From assembly GCA_036521315.1 (NCBI GenBank), contig DATDHZ010000080.1, positions 116,756 to 180,755 on the forward strand: a DNA stretch of 64,000 nt, in the 5' to 3' direction. This document shows, piece by piece, positions 28,163-37,545 of this stretch. Every line of letters begins with the position of its first letter. Positions within the stretch are counted from its first letter, which is position 1. Source of the stretch: Acidobacteriaceae bacterium. Its GTDB lineage: Bacteria; Acidobacteriota; Terriglobia; Terriglobales; Acidobacteriaceae. The translations under genes were made by a program, and so were the position numbers. The notes beneath the pieces were generated by a model. That model saw only the letters and a program-made list of their open reading frames with translations, ran no database searches and was not told where the DNA came from.

Positions 28163-28257
28163 AGAACAGGGTTGAGGGGATAAGGCTTAAGGATTAGGAA
28201 TTGCGCCTGAGCGCGCACATTCAATCTGAATCCAGGCATCACCGGCATGGCTCGCCG

Positions 28258-29280
28258 CTATTGCATCGGCCCGAGGCCGCTCTCGTTCCCCAGGTGACTT
28301 TTCGCGGCGAGTTCATTCTCGCGCTTCGCCTCGTCCTCTTGTCCCGCGATGCGATAGGCCTGCGCGAGCGAGGCGTGGGTGACGTAGTTGCCGGGGTCCA
28401 TCTTCTCGGCATGCTGCAGATACATGATGGCGGTGCGCGCATCCTGGCGGCGCAGCAGAACGCGCCCCATAAGGATGAACGGGCCGGTGCTGGACATATC
28501 GAGGGAGAGCGCTTTGGTGAGTGACTGCTGCGCGAGGTCGAGCTGATTGGTGCGCAGATAGGCGTCGCCGAGGCGTTCGTAGACGGGAGCGTAGTCCGGA
28601 TTGATGCGCTGTTCGGCCTGAAATTCCTTCAGTGAGAGATCGATGTTGGAGTCGAGCAGGGCGACCTGGCCGAGAAGAAAGTGGGCCAGCGGCAGTTGCG
28701 GATTGACGTCGAGGGCTTTCTGCGCCTCCACGGCTGCCTGACGCGGCAGGTTGGCGTGCTGCAGCATGGTGGCCAGCAGCAGCCTGGCCGCGCCCGATTC
28801 GGGATCTTCGCCGTATTGCGCGGCGAAGGCTTTGCGGGCATCGTCGTAACGATTGGCGTTGAGATAGCAGAGGCCGAGGACGTAGTTCGCATCCGTGCCG
28901 GCGTTGGGAGTCCACTGGCGGACTCGCTCTAGAAACGGAATTGCGGCCGCCGGTTGGCCCAGCCGGTAGAGCGTGAGGCCCTCCATCTGCACTGACTCGG
29001 CGTCCTGCGGGTCTTGCTGGATGGCCGCGTTGAAGGCGTCACGCGCCTCAGCGAGTTTGCCGGTGCGGTACCAGGCGAGGCCGAGCGCGTGCTGCACACC
29101 TTTGGCGCTGGGCGGCATCTGCTTCAGGATCGCGAGTGCATCGTCGACGTGATCGTGATCCAAAGCTTGCTGCGCCTGCGCCAGCGTCTCACCGGCCGGA
29201 GCCGGAGCAGCCTGCAACTGTGCAGCGAAAGATGACAGCGAGACAAGAAGAAAAGGGACGCAGGAACAGAGACGCATCAC
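28258..29280 (-). CDS. Secreted tetratricopeptide (TPR) repeat protein.
   Basis: Signal peptide MMRLCSCVPFLLVSLSSFAAQLQA. Repeated A-x-x-x-Y/F...A...P-type TPR units run throughout. Confidence 0.8.
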   Translation of the reverse strand: MMRLCSCVPFLLVSLSSFAAQLQAAPAPAGETLAQAQQALDHDHVDDALAILKQMPPSAKGVQHALGLAWYRTGKLAEARDAFNAAIQQDPQDAESVQMEGLTLYRLGQPAAAIPFLERVRQWTPNAGTDANYVLGLCYLNANRYDDARKAFAAQYGEDPESGAARLLLATMLQHANLPRQAAVEAQKALDVNPQLPLAHFLLGQVALLDSNIDLSLKEFQAEQRINPDYAPVYERLGDAYLRTNQLDLAQQSLTKALSLDMSSTGPFILMGRVLLRRQDARTAIMYLQHAEKMDPGNYVTHASLAQAYRIAGQEDEAKRENELAAKSHLGNESGLGPMQ

Positions 29281-29308
29281 GCCCCAGCATACTGCGCGCG
29301 ATGGGGCG

Positions 29309-31057
29309 ATGAGTAGTGATAGTATTTGCGGCGGTATGTGCGCTGTGAAGCTGCCGGCCCTGGTTCTGGTGGTGGTGCTCGGGACTAGCTACGCGATGCA
29401 GAGCGGACCCTATCCGGCGAGCCGGAAGTACGCGGCGCCGGCGTGGTTCGTGAATGTGGCGTCGCAGGCCGGGCTCACGATGCGCAATGTGAACGGCGAA
29501 GCGGCGACGAAGAATTACATCATCGAGACCACCGGCGGCGGCGTGGCGATCTTCGATTACGATCACGATGGCTGGCCCGATATCTATCTCACCAGCGGAC
29601 AGAATCTGCAGGGCGAGCCGAATGCCGATGGCGTGCCGACGGGACATCTCTACCACAACAACCACGACGGAACGTTCACGGACGTGACGAAGCGGGCGGG
29701 ACTCGCGACGACGGGCTGGGCGCAGGGCGCGTGCGTGGGCGACTACGACAACGACGGCTGGGACGATCTCTACGTGACCTATTACGGGAAGAGCCGGCTC
29801 TACCACAACGACGGCAACGGACACTTTACGGAAGTAGCCGAGCAGGCTGGTGTGGCGGGCGATGGAACGAAGTGGGGCACGGGGTGCGCCTTCGTCGATT
29901 ACGACCGCGACGGCAGGCTGGATCTGTTTGTTGCAAACTACGTGCAGTTCGATTTGAAGACCGCGCCCAAGCCGGGCGAAGGGATGACGTGCATCTGGAA
30001 AGGGACGCCGGTGGAGTGCGGGCCGCGCGGACTGCCCTACACAACGAATTTGCTCTATCGCAACCTGGGCAACGGCAAGTTTGCCGACGTGACCCGGACG
30101 AGCGGGGTCGCGGCCACGAATGGGCATTATTGTCTCGGCGTGGCCACGCTCGATTACAACCGCGATGGATGGCCGGACATTTACGTGGCCAGCGACAGCA
30201 CGCCGAGCATTCTGTATCGCAACAATAAAAATGGAACGTTCACGGATGTGGCCGTCGATTCCTCGGTAGCCTTCAGCGATGACGGTAACGAGCAGGCCGG
30301 GATGGGCGCGACCGTGGGCGACTACGATGGCGACGGCTGGCCGGACATCTTCAAGACGAATTTCTCCGACGACATTTCGTCGCTCTATCGGAATAACCAC
30401 GACGGCACGTTCACCTCGACGATCTACGATGCAGGACTGGGGCTGAACACACATTACCTGGGTTGGGGTGTGATGTTTGTGGATGTGGACAACGATGGCT
30501 GGCCCGATCTGCTGCTGGCGAACGGGCACGTCTATCCGCAGGTCACGGCTGATCGCGGCGCGAGCTATCGCGAGCCGCGGGTTCTCTACTGGAACCAGGG
30601 GAACGGGAAGTTCAAAGAGATGACGAACACGGCGGGCCCGGGCATTACAGAGCCGATGCCCGCGCGCGGACTCGCTATTGGCGATTTGTGGAACGACGGG
30701 CGCGAGTCGGCGGTGATCAACGACATGGATGAAAAGCCCATGCTGCTGGTCAATCTGGCGGCAAATGACAATCACTGGCTGGGCGTGATCCTTCAGGGAA
30801 CACAGTCGAATCGCGATGGTATCGGCGCGCGCGTGACGGTGAAAGCAGCTGGACGAAGCTGGGTGCAGGAGGAGCGGAGCGGGTCGAGCTATCTATCAAG
30901 CAGCGACCTGCGGCTGCACTTCGGGCTGGGCGCGGCCAATGCGGTGGAATCGATCGACGTAGCCTGGCCGAGCGGGCGCGACGAGCGCTTTGCAGGAGGC
31001 GCGGCGAACCGGTTCGTGACGCTTATGGAGGGAAAGGGCGTCCCGGAGAAGAAATAA
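29309..31057 (+). CDS. CRTAC1 family protein (FG-GAP/VCBS repeats + ASPIC/UnbV C-terminal domain).
   Basis: Six repeats of the D-x-D-x-DGW-x-D type (FDYDHDGWPDIYL, GDYDNDGWDDLYV, VDYDRDGRLDLFV, LDYNRDGWPDIYV, GDYDGDGWPDIFK, VDVDNDGWPDLLL). C-terminal NRDGIGARVTV...SGSSYLSSSDLRLHFGLG. Confidence 0.85.
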   Translation: MSSDSICGGMCAVKLPALVLVVVLGTSYAMQSGPYPASRKYAAPAWFVNVASQAGLTMRNVNGEAATKNYIIETTGGGVAIFDYDHDGWPDIYLTSGQNLQGEPNADGVPTGHLYHNNHDGTFTDVTKRAGLATTGWAQGACVGDYDNDGWDDLYVTYYGKSRLYHNDGNGHFTEVAEQAGVAGDGTKWGTGCAFVDYDRDGRLDLFVANYVQFDLKTAPKPGEGMTCIWKGTPVECGPRGLPYTTNLLYRNLGNGKFADVTRTSGVAATNGHYCLGVATLDYNRDGWPDIYVASDSTPSILYRNNKNGTFTDVAVDSSVAFSDDGNEQAGMGATVGDYDGDGWPDIFKTNFSDDISSLYRNNHDGTFTSTIYDAGLGLNTHYLGWGVMFVDVDNDGWPDLLLANGHVYPQVTADRGASYREPRVLYWNQGNGKFKEMTNTAGPGITEPMPARGLAIGDLWNDGRESAVINDMDEKPMLLVNLAANDNHWLGVILQGTQSNRDGIGARVTVKAAGRSWVQEERSGSSYLSSSDLRLHFGLGAANAVESIDVAWPSGRDERFAGGAANRFVTLMEGKGVPEKK

Positions 31058-31341
31058 CGGTTAAGGGCGGGACCCCACGGCCACCGTCTGGCGGATCGGA
31101 GAACGCACGTCAGGAATCGCGAAATTCATTGGCCTTGTTTTTATTACGAATCGGGTCGAGGTCTTACGGATAGGATCACTCTTGCGCTCGCGTCAAGGCG
31201 CGGTCCCGCTGCCGAACCGCGGATGGCCGGTGCGCACTTTGCCATGCTGAAATCTTGGTGAGGGTGCGATTCGAGCGTTCTTCCGCACCAATGGCCAGCT
31301 CATCGTAAAGGCTTGCGGGGCGGTCAAACGGAAACGACGGC

Positions 31342-31370
31342 TTGACAGCCTCGGGCGCTTTCTCTAGCCT
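31342..31370 (+). promoter_or_regulatory. Sigma70-like promoter of the alpha-galactosidase-like gene.
   Basis: TTGACA (31342-31347), a 17-nt spacer, then TAGCCT (31365-31370). The spacer contains GCTTTCT, and a CAAACGAAAG element follows at 31389-31398. Confidence 0.4.
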
Positions 31371-31419
31371 CACGCTCGTAAAGATAAACAAACGAAAGAC
31401 ACGCGAAGAGGGGGCAATC

Positions 31420-33882
31420 ATGAACAATCACCGAAGTATTGCAACAGGAGTCCTTCTCTGCGCAAGTTTGGCGTTACAGTCCGGGTGGTCCGCCCGGGCG
31501 GCCGCGCAACAAGCGCTGTCTGTTTCGGTGAACGACCGCGGTCAGTATGTCGTCGGCGTACCGGGCGACAACGCGCCGGTGCTGGTCTCGGGAGTCGCAG
31601 CGGAAGTAGGTGGCATCTGGATTCACAGCGCGGATTATCCGCATCACGCGATCCAGGAGACTGCAGCACAAGGCTATCTCGGCGCGGCGCAGCAGTGGAT
31701 CGTGACATTCTCCGGACTGGCGGGAAAACCGGATCTCGTCTACCGGCTGCGGTTGTACCAGTCGGAGCCATTTGCGGATGTGGCCGTCTCGGTGGAGAAT
31801 AATACCGGCCAACCCATCGACGTGGAGAGCCTTCGCGCGGTCGAGGCCGTGGGTGACGCGATCGCGGCGCTGGCCGGCCCTGCTGCGGCGGAGCGCGTGC
31901 TCTCCGACAGTTTCAGCGAAGACCGGCCGGCGATGCAGATTCACGATCTGGGCGATGCGACGCACGGCATGCACCGCGCGGTCGGCAGCCAGTTGATCTA
32001 CAACCGGCAAAGCCGTGAGAACCTCTTCGTCGGGGCGCTCACAGCGGATCGGTTCCTGACCATCTTGCGGCTGCACGTGGACGGGCCCGCTGAGGCTCCG
32101 CGCATCACGCATTACGAGGCCGATTCAACCGGTACGACGGAGATGGAAGAGGAAAACTCGCTTGAAAAATCTTCCGCCGAGGATCGTGTGGAATTGCGTC
32201 TGCCGGTCGAGCCGGGAGGGACGCTCTCGTCCGAGACGATAGCGATTGCTGCCGGCAACGATTATCACCGGGAACTGGAAACCTACGGCTCGCTCATCCG
32301 GACAATTCATCACGCGCGTGTTTCCGCACCGCCGCTGATGGGATGGTGGAGTTGGACGGCCTACTACTTCGGACTGAACGAGGGCGCGGCGCTCACCAAT
32401 GCCGCCTGGCTGGCCCAAAACCTGAAGAGCTTCGGTTACGACCTGTTTCACATTGACGAAGGCTACCAGTACGCCCGCGGCGAATATGTAACTGCGAATA
32501 GCACAGTTTTCCCCGACGGCCTCGGCCCGGTCGAATATCAGGTGCGGGGGCTCGGCCTGACGCCGGGCATCTGGACGGCCCCGTTTGAGATCTCTGAACG
32601 TTCTGAAGTCTATCGCGACCATCGCGATTGGCTGGTGAAGAACGCACAAGGCCAGCCGATCCACGCGGGATTTGTCGACGAGGACAAGGATCAGCTCTAT
32701 ATCCTCGACACGACCAATCCCGGAGCCGCGCAATACCTGCGCGAGACATACGGCAAGCTGGTCCGCGACTGGGGCATTCACTACATCAAGATGGATTTTA
32801 TGGACGACAGCGCAATCGAGGGCTACTACTTTGAGCCGCACACTACGGCGATGGAAGCGCAGCGCATCGGACTGCAGATCATTCGTGACGCTGTCGGCGA
32901 TCAGGTCTACCTCGACAAGGACGGCAGCGCGATGCTCAACCCCGTCGGCTACGTCGATTATGGGCGCATCTCGCAGGACACCGGCCACAGCTTCGAGGCC
33001 AGCCGCGATGCGGCCACCGGTATAGCTGCGCGCTACTACATGAATCGCAACTTCTATGTATCCGATCCCGATGCATTCACTGTCTCGACCCAGCGCATCA
33101 CCGATCAGTCGTGGCACGAGGGCAAAGCGCCGCTCACCCTAGAGGAGGCTGAGGTCTCCCTTGCGCTGGCGGCTGTATCCGGCGGCATGCTGGAGATCGG
33201 CGACAATCTGCCGTCGCTCGAGAACTCGCCAGATCGGCTGGCGCTGATCGAAAACCGCGATCTGATTAATATGGTGCGGCTCGGCAAGGCTTCGGTGCCG
33301 ATGGATCTGATGAGCTACGCAGTGGCGGATCGGCAGCCAAGCATCTTTTACCTGCGCGAATCGCCGCAACAGAGCATTCTCACCGTCTTCAACTGGACCG
33401 AGGGCGCGCAACGGCGGCAGATTCGGCTGGCCGATCTGGGTCTGCAGGAAACGGGCGACTATACCATCACTGACGTATTCGATCACGGGACGGTTGAAAC
33501 TGGGTCGGGAACGCTGGCTTTCGAGCAACCGGCGCATGCGGTGCGGGTGCTGAAGATCGTGGACCATACACATTCCGCGCCGCAATTCGTTTTCGCCGTC
33601 GACTGCCCGAAGTCGGGAGCTACGGGAACGCAGCTTTCCCTGGCCGCGCATGCGGGCGAGGGCGACCCCGCGCTTACCTTTCGCTGGGCCTTCGGCGATG
33701 GTGTGGAACAGGAGGGCGCGGAGGTACGGCATGCCTGGACGGAGCCCGGCGGCTATTCGGTTCGCGTGAGCGGTACGGGTCTGAACGGAGCGCAGCAGGA
33801 GCACACCTGCGCAGTGAACGTGACCGGATTGCTCCCGACGGTGTTCGCGCCCGAGAAGAATGCGCGCTACCAGCAAAAATGA
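31420..33882 (+). CDS. Secreted clan GH-D (GH27/GH36 melibiase-type) alpha-galactosidase or alpha-N-acetylgalactosaminidase-like enzyme with a C-terminal PKD domain.
   Basis: MGWWSWTAYYFGLNEGAALTNAAWLAQNLKSFGYDLFHIDEGYQYARGEY...GLTPGIWTAPFE. IHYIKMDFMDD is a KxD nucleophile context. GRISQDTGHSF is present. PKD-like FRWAFGDGVEQEGAEVRHAWTEPGGYSVRVSG. ATG 31420 is preceded by GAAGAGGGGG. Confidence 0.78.
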   Translation: MNNHRSIATGVLLCASLALQSGWSARAAAQQALSVSVNDRGQYVVGVPGDNAPVLVSGVAAEVGGIWIHSADYPHHAIQETAAQGYLGAAQQWIVTFSGLAGKPDLVYRLRLYQSEPFADVAVSVENNTGQPIDVESLRAVEAVGDAIAALAGPAAAERVLSDSFSEDRPAMQIHDLGDATHGMHRAVGSQLIYNRQSRENLFVGALTADRFLTILRLHVDGPAEAPRITHYEADSTGTTEMEEENSLEKSSAEDRVELRLPVEPGGTLSSETIAIAAGNDYHRELETYGSLIRTIHHARVSAPPLMGWWSWTAYYFGLNEGAALTNAAWLAQNLKSFGYDLFHIDEGYQYARGEYVTANSTVFPDGLGPVEYQVRGLGLTPGIWTAPFEISERSEVYRDHRDWLVKNAQGQPIHAGFVDEDKDQLYILDTTNPGAAQYLRETYGKLVRDWGIHYIKMDFMDDSAIEGYYFEPHTTAMEAQRIGLQIIRDAVGDQVYLDKDGSAMLNPVGYVDYGRISQDTGHSFEASRDAATGIAARYYMNRNFYVSDPDAFTVSTQRITDQSWHEGKAPLTLEEAEVSLALAAVSGGMLEIGDNLPSLENSPDRLALIENRDLINMVRLGKASVPMDLMSYAVADRQPSIFYLRESPQQSILTVFNWTEGAQRRQIRLADLGLQETGDYTITDVFDHGTVETGSGTLAFEQPAHAVRVLKIVDHTHSAPQFVFAVDCPKSGATGTQLSLAAHAGEGDPALTFRWAFGDGVEQEGAEVRHAWTEPGGYSVRVSGTGLNGAQQEHTCAVNVTGLLPTVFAPEKNARYQQK

Positions 33883-33923
33883 TCTCCAGAGGAGTATCGG
33901 GACTAAACGTGATCAGCCGGCGC

Positions 33924-34727
33924 TTACACGACAATCACTTCGATATGCAGAGCGCGCAGAGCCGCTTCCGTTTCGCGTTCGATTCCGCGGTCGGTGATGA
34001 CGCAGTGGATCGCATCGGGCGGAACAATGCGGGAAAGGCTGCGGCGACCGAACTTGGTCGAGTCGCAGACGGCGACCACGCGGCGCGCCGCCTTGACCAT
34101 CGCCCGGTTCACGCGCGATTCAAGAAAGTTCGGCGTGGTCAGCCCAATTTCCGGATCGAATCCGTCCACACCGAGGAAGAGAATGTCGGCGTGCATTTCC
34201 TTCAGCACGTCCTCTGCCAGCGGCCCGACCAGCGAGAAGGAGTTTTTGCGGAGGATGCCTCCGATCAGAACGACTTCGAGATTCGTGCTGGCCAGTTCAG
34301 CGGCAATGTTCATGGCGTTGGTGATGACGGTGAGCTGAGAGAATCGTCGCAATTCCTGGCAGATGGCCGTGGTGGTGGTGCCGGAATCGAGCATCACGCA
34401 TTGCCCTTCCTCCACCATTTTCGCGGCGGCTGCGGCAATGCGCTGTTTCTCCTGGAGATGCTGTTTCTGTTTCTCCTGCAGCGTGGGATCGAAGAGCGCG
34501 CTCGACTGAATGCGGAGCGCGCCGCCGTGGGTGCGCCGCACAAGGCTTTTCGACTGGAGATACTCCAGGTCCTTGCGAATGGTGATCTGCGAGATGCCGA
34601 GGTCGCGGGAGAGTTCCCCGACCAGCACGCGGCCATGGTTCTGAACCAGGGATAGAATATGCTGCCGGCGCTCGTCGATCAGGAGCTGGGGAGTTTCGTC
34701 GGCCTTTCGTGCCGATTTGCGGGCCAT
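33924..34727 (-). CDS. DeoR/GlpR family transcriptional repressor (AgaR-like by context).
   Basis: ERRQHILSLVQNHGRVLVGELSRDLGISQITIRKDLEYLQSKSLVRRTHGGA (DeoR HTH) plus a C-terminal sugar-phosphate-binding DeoRC pattern. Confidence 0.85.
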   Translation of the reverse strand: MARKSARKADETPQLLIDERRQHILSLVQNHGRVLVGELSRDLGISQITIRKDLEYLQSKSLVRRTHGGALRIQSSALFDPTLQEKQKQHLQEKQRIAAAAAKMVEEGQCVMLDSGTTTTAICQELRRFSQLTVITNAMNIAAELASTNLEVVLIGGILRKNSFSLVGPLAEDVLKEMHADILFLGVDGFDPEIGLTTPNFLESRVNRAMVKAARRVVAVCDSTKFGRRSLSRIVPPDAIHCVITDRGIERETEAALRALHIEVIVV

Positions 34728-34924
34728 CGTTTCGTTTGCTTTCCCCGGGAAGGTTACACCAAACCTCGGCTTTCGTCATCGATGATGCGTCGACGCGCAG
34801 GTCTGGCATACATTCGGCGGGCGCAGTTGTGGCTTCAGAGCACATTTTCGGGCTGGGACGATGAGTGCCCGGCTGTGAAGAGGAAGCAACAACGAAGGTT
34901 GCTACACTGCACCGGGAGACCCTC

Positions 34925-35869
34925 ATGCCTGCGCTGGATATTACGATTGCCGGCGAGGTCAATCTTGACCTCATCCTTTACGGCCTCGACGAGGCGATTC
35001 CGGTCGATCGCGAAGTGCTGGGATCCAATTTTGAATTGACCCTTGGCAGCTCGTCGGCCATTCTCGCGCACAATCTCTCCGTTTTGCGACGCCGCGTCGG
35101 TTTCGTTACGCTCTGCGGGTCCGACGCTATGGGCGCAATTGCCATGGAACGGCTCGCGGAGGGGGGTGTCGATTTGTCACAGTCGAAGCAAGGCGGCCCG
35201 GGAACAAAGACCGGCGTCACCATCCTGCTGCCGCATGGCCGATCGCGCCGCATTCTTACCTATCCTGGCATTATGTTCGACATGAAGGTAGCCGACCTGG
35301 ACATCGACTATCTCGCGTCGGCCCGCCATTTTCATCTGTCGTCGCTATTTTTGTTGCGCGGCCTTCACGCGGGCCTTGCAGACTTGCTCCGCGCACTGAA
35401 GAGGCGAGGCCTGACGCTGTCGCTCGACACGAATGACGACCCTGACGGTCAATGGAACGGGGTGCTCCAGGACGTGCTGCCGCTGATCGATATCCTTTTA
35501 CCCAACGAAGACGAAGTCTGCCGCATAGCGCGGCGCGGGTCGATGGCGGAGGCGCTCGATGTTCTTGGGGGCATGATTCCGATGATCGCCGTGAAGTGCG
35601 GCAGCCGGGGCGCGGTCGTGCAGCAGGGGGAGCGTCGAATGGAAATTCCGCCCGTGCCGATGCAGCCTGTAGACACCATCGGTGCGGGTGACAGCTTCAA
35701 CGCTGGTTTTCTCTCTGCCTGGCTCTCCGGAGCGCCTGCGGAAACGTGCGCTGCCGCCGGAAATGTGACCGGAGCGCTCTCAACGCAGCGCCCCGGCGGG
35801 ACCGAGGCATTTCGCGATCGGGCGCTGATGGAAGAGTTCCTGGGCCGGCATCCGCTGCCCGCGGGATGA
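34925..35869 (+). CDS. PfkB-family carbohydrate kinase (possibly tagatose-6-phosphate or ketose-phosphate kinase).
   Basis: MPALDITIAGEVNLDLILYG... and the C-terminal anion-hole motif DTIGAGDSFNAGFL. The stop overlaps the AgaS start (ATGA 35866-35869). Confidence 0.85.
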   Translation: MPALDITIAGEVNLDLILYGLDEAIPVDREVLGSNFELTLGSSSAILAHNLSVLRRRVGFVTLCGSDAMGAIAMERLAEGGVDLSQSKQGGPGTKTGVTILLPHGRSRRILTYPGIMFDMKVADLDIDYLASARHFHLSSLFLLRGLHAGLADLLRALKRRGLTLSLDTNDDPDGQWNGVLQDVLPLIDILLPNEDEVCRIARRGSMAEALDVLGGMIPMIAVKCGSRGAVVQQGERRMEIPPVPMQPVDTIGAGDSFNAGFLSAWLSGAPAETCAAAGNVTGALSTQRPGGTEAFRDRALMEEFLGRHPLPAG

Positions 35870-37164
35870 AGAACGGTACCTTGACTTGCTGTTGGTTTCG
35901 CTTTCCAATGATACCTTACGCTTCATTACGAAGATCAACCGCCAGCCTCAAAAGGCTCGCGGGCGTCCGGGGGAACATCACGGTGGACCCACTTACCAAC
36001 CTGGTCGGCCTGAGCGCGCCGGAAAAGGCTGCGCGGGGCCTCGAGTTCACGCCTGCCGAGATCTCCCAGCAGCCCAGAACCTGGATTGCGACATTTGATC
36101 TGTTGCTAAAGCGGCGCAAGGATCTGATCGATTTCCTGACAAATGCGGGGATCGCCAGACCGACGGAGCAGAGGCCGACCGTATTTCTTATCGGCGCCGG
36201 GACGTCGGACTACATTGGCCGATCGGTGCACCACCTCTTGCAGACGCAGTGGCAATGCGAAGTGATTCCGCTGGCGAGCACCAGCCTGCTAACTGATTTT
36301 GCTGAGTCGATCATCAGAGATAAACGCTATCTCTGGATCTCTTTTTCACGTTCCGGAGACAGTCCCGAAGGGGTCGCAGTGCTGGAGCGCGCTCTGGCGG
36401 AGTATCCGGCAATTGCGCATTTGCTGGTCACCTGCAACCAGGCCGGTCGCATGAACCGGGCCGTACACGGGCGCGACAACTGCTTTTCGATTGTGCTCGA
36501 TAATGCGACGAACGATCGTGGCCTGGCGATGACCAGTTCATTCACCAATATGGTGCTGACCGCACAGTTTCTCGCGCATGCCCGGAGTCTCGAGGTGTAC
36601 GAGCCGGTCCTGCGCCGGCTGGCCGGCGCCGCGCAGGGATTCATGCCGCGGGCTGCGGAAATGGCTTTTGATCTGGCCGCAACGGGCTTCGAGCGTGCCT
36701 GTTTCGTTGGATCGTGTTCGCTGGCGGGCGCCGCGCTCGAATGCTCCCTCAAACTGCTGGAACTGACGTCCGGCCAGGTACAGACGATGACGCAACCGAC
36801 CCTCGCTCTTCGGCACGGGCCGATGGCCGCGCTCAATGGAGAAACGCTGTTCGTCGGTCTCGTGTCGAGCCACCCGCAGAGACGCCGTTACGAATTGGAC
36901 CTGCTGCGGGAAGTGGGCAGCAAGGGGCTGGCGAAAGTGAGAGTCGCCATTGCGACAGATCCCGACGGCCTTGCCTCCGATGCCGAGCACGTTCTGTCCC
37001 CTGGCGCTGCGGGGCCGATCCCCGACCTGTATCGGCCGATGCTCGATGTGATCTTCGGCCAGTTGCTCGGGCTGTTTGCGTCCATTCGCTGCGGGCTCAA
37101 ACCGGACGCGCCGAGCCCCACCGGGGCCATCAATCGCGTCGTGCAGAACGTAGAAATCTATTAG
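35866..37164 (+). CDS. agaS: AgaS-type double-SIS galactosamine-6-phosphate deaminase/isomerase.
   Basis: Collinear with E. coli AgaS as I recall it: PAEISQQPRTW, ISFSRSGDSPEGVAVLERA, VTCNQAG, NDRGLAMTSSFTNM, LRHGPMAAL, SSHPQRRRYELDLL, PDAPSPTGAINRVVQNV. The start is ATG 35866 or ATG 35908. Confidence 0.85.
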   Translation: MKNGTLTCCWFRFPMIPYASLRRSTASLKRLAGVRGNITVDPLTNLVGLSAPEKAARGLEFTPAEISQQPRTWIATFDLLLKRRKDLIDFLTNAGIARPTEQRPTVFLIGAGTSDYIGRSVHHLLQTQWQCEVIPLASTSLLTDFAESIIRDKRYLWISFSRSGDSPEGVAVLERALAEYPAIAHLLVTCNQAGRMNRAVHGRDNCFSIVLDNATNDRGLAMTSSFTNMVLTAQFLAHARSLEVYEPVLRRLAGAAQGFMPRAAEMAFDLAATGFERACFVGSCSLAGAALECSLKLLELTSGQVQTMTQPTLALRHGPMAALNGETLFVGLVSSHPQRRRYELDLLREVGSKGLAKVRVAIATDPDGLASDAEHVLSPGAAGPIPDLYRPMLDVIFGQLLGLFASIRCGLKPDAPSPTGAINRVVQNVEIY

Positions 37165-37433
37165 CTGCCGCGCGAGGCTCTCCTCCGGCATTCCTGTCCA
37201 CGCGTGTCCTCCCGGAGTTGCGGGCAATCTGGCACCTGACAGGTTCCAGAGGACCGGTGAACGTAGGCCGGCCGGCGATTACCCCTCTTGATCACCGTCC
37301 AGGCGCCGGACGGCATAAACATCTCAATCCTCGCGATTCCATCAAGATAACCATGGCGCGGCGAGCTGGTTGGCGACGGCGCCAGAGCAAATCCGTGTCC
37401 GGGTTCGAACAAAACGAAAGTTTGTGGTTTCGC

Positions 37434-37463
37434 TTGACAGGGTTTAGAAACTAGCAGTACTGT
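37434..37463 (+). promoter_or_regulatory. Sigma70-like promoter of the second TonB-dependent receptor gene.
   Basis: TTGACA (37434-37439), an 18-nt spacer, then TACTGT (37458-37463). AAAACGAAAG (37411-37420) and TTTCGC (37428-37433) abut the -35 element. Confidence 0.4.
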
Positions 37464-37545
37464 TTAACGCGAGTAACAGAACACATGCTGTCGGTGTGCT
37501 CTGTCAGAGTCAGGGTTGTGCAAGGCTTTGTTTCTGGAGGCGAGG

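Noticed and set aside
29189-30775. 528-aa minus-strand ORF.
   Set aside because: Antisense to the CRTAC1 gene, whose FG-GAP repeats are unmistakable. The translation is Arg/Val/His-rich nonsense.
31176-31427. 83-aa minus-strand ORF in the 360-bp gap upstream of the alpha-galactosidase-like gene.
   Set aside because: It has no motifs and no RBS, and it overlaps the predicted promoter/operator and start of the plus-strand gene. It is most likely non-coding.
37165-37545. Possible riboswitch (for example cobalamin) or tRNA in the long leader upstream of the second TonB-dependent receptor.
   Set aside because: I found no B12-box-like GCCACTG core and no cloverleaf-compatible arms. Only short local hairpins are present (CCGTCC-N7-GGACGG at 37295-37313 and CTGTT-N10-AACAG at 37459-37478). 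The region is better explained by a promoter plus AgaR-like sites.
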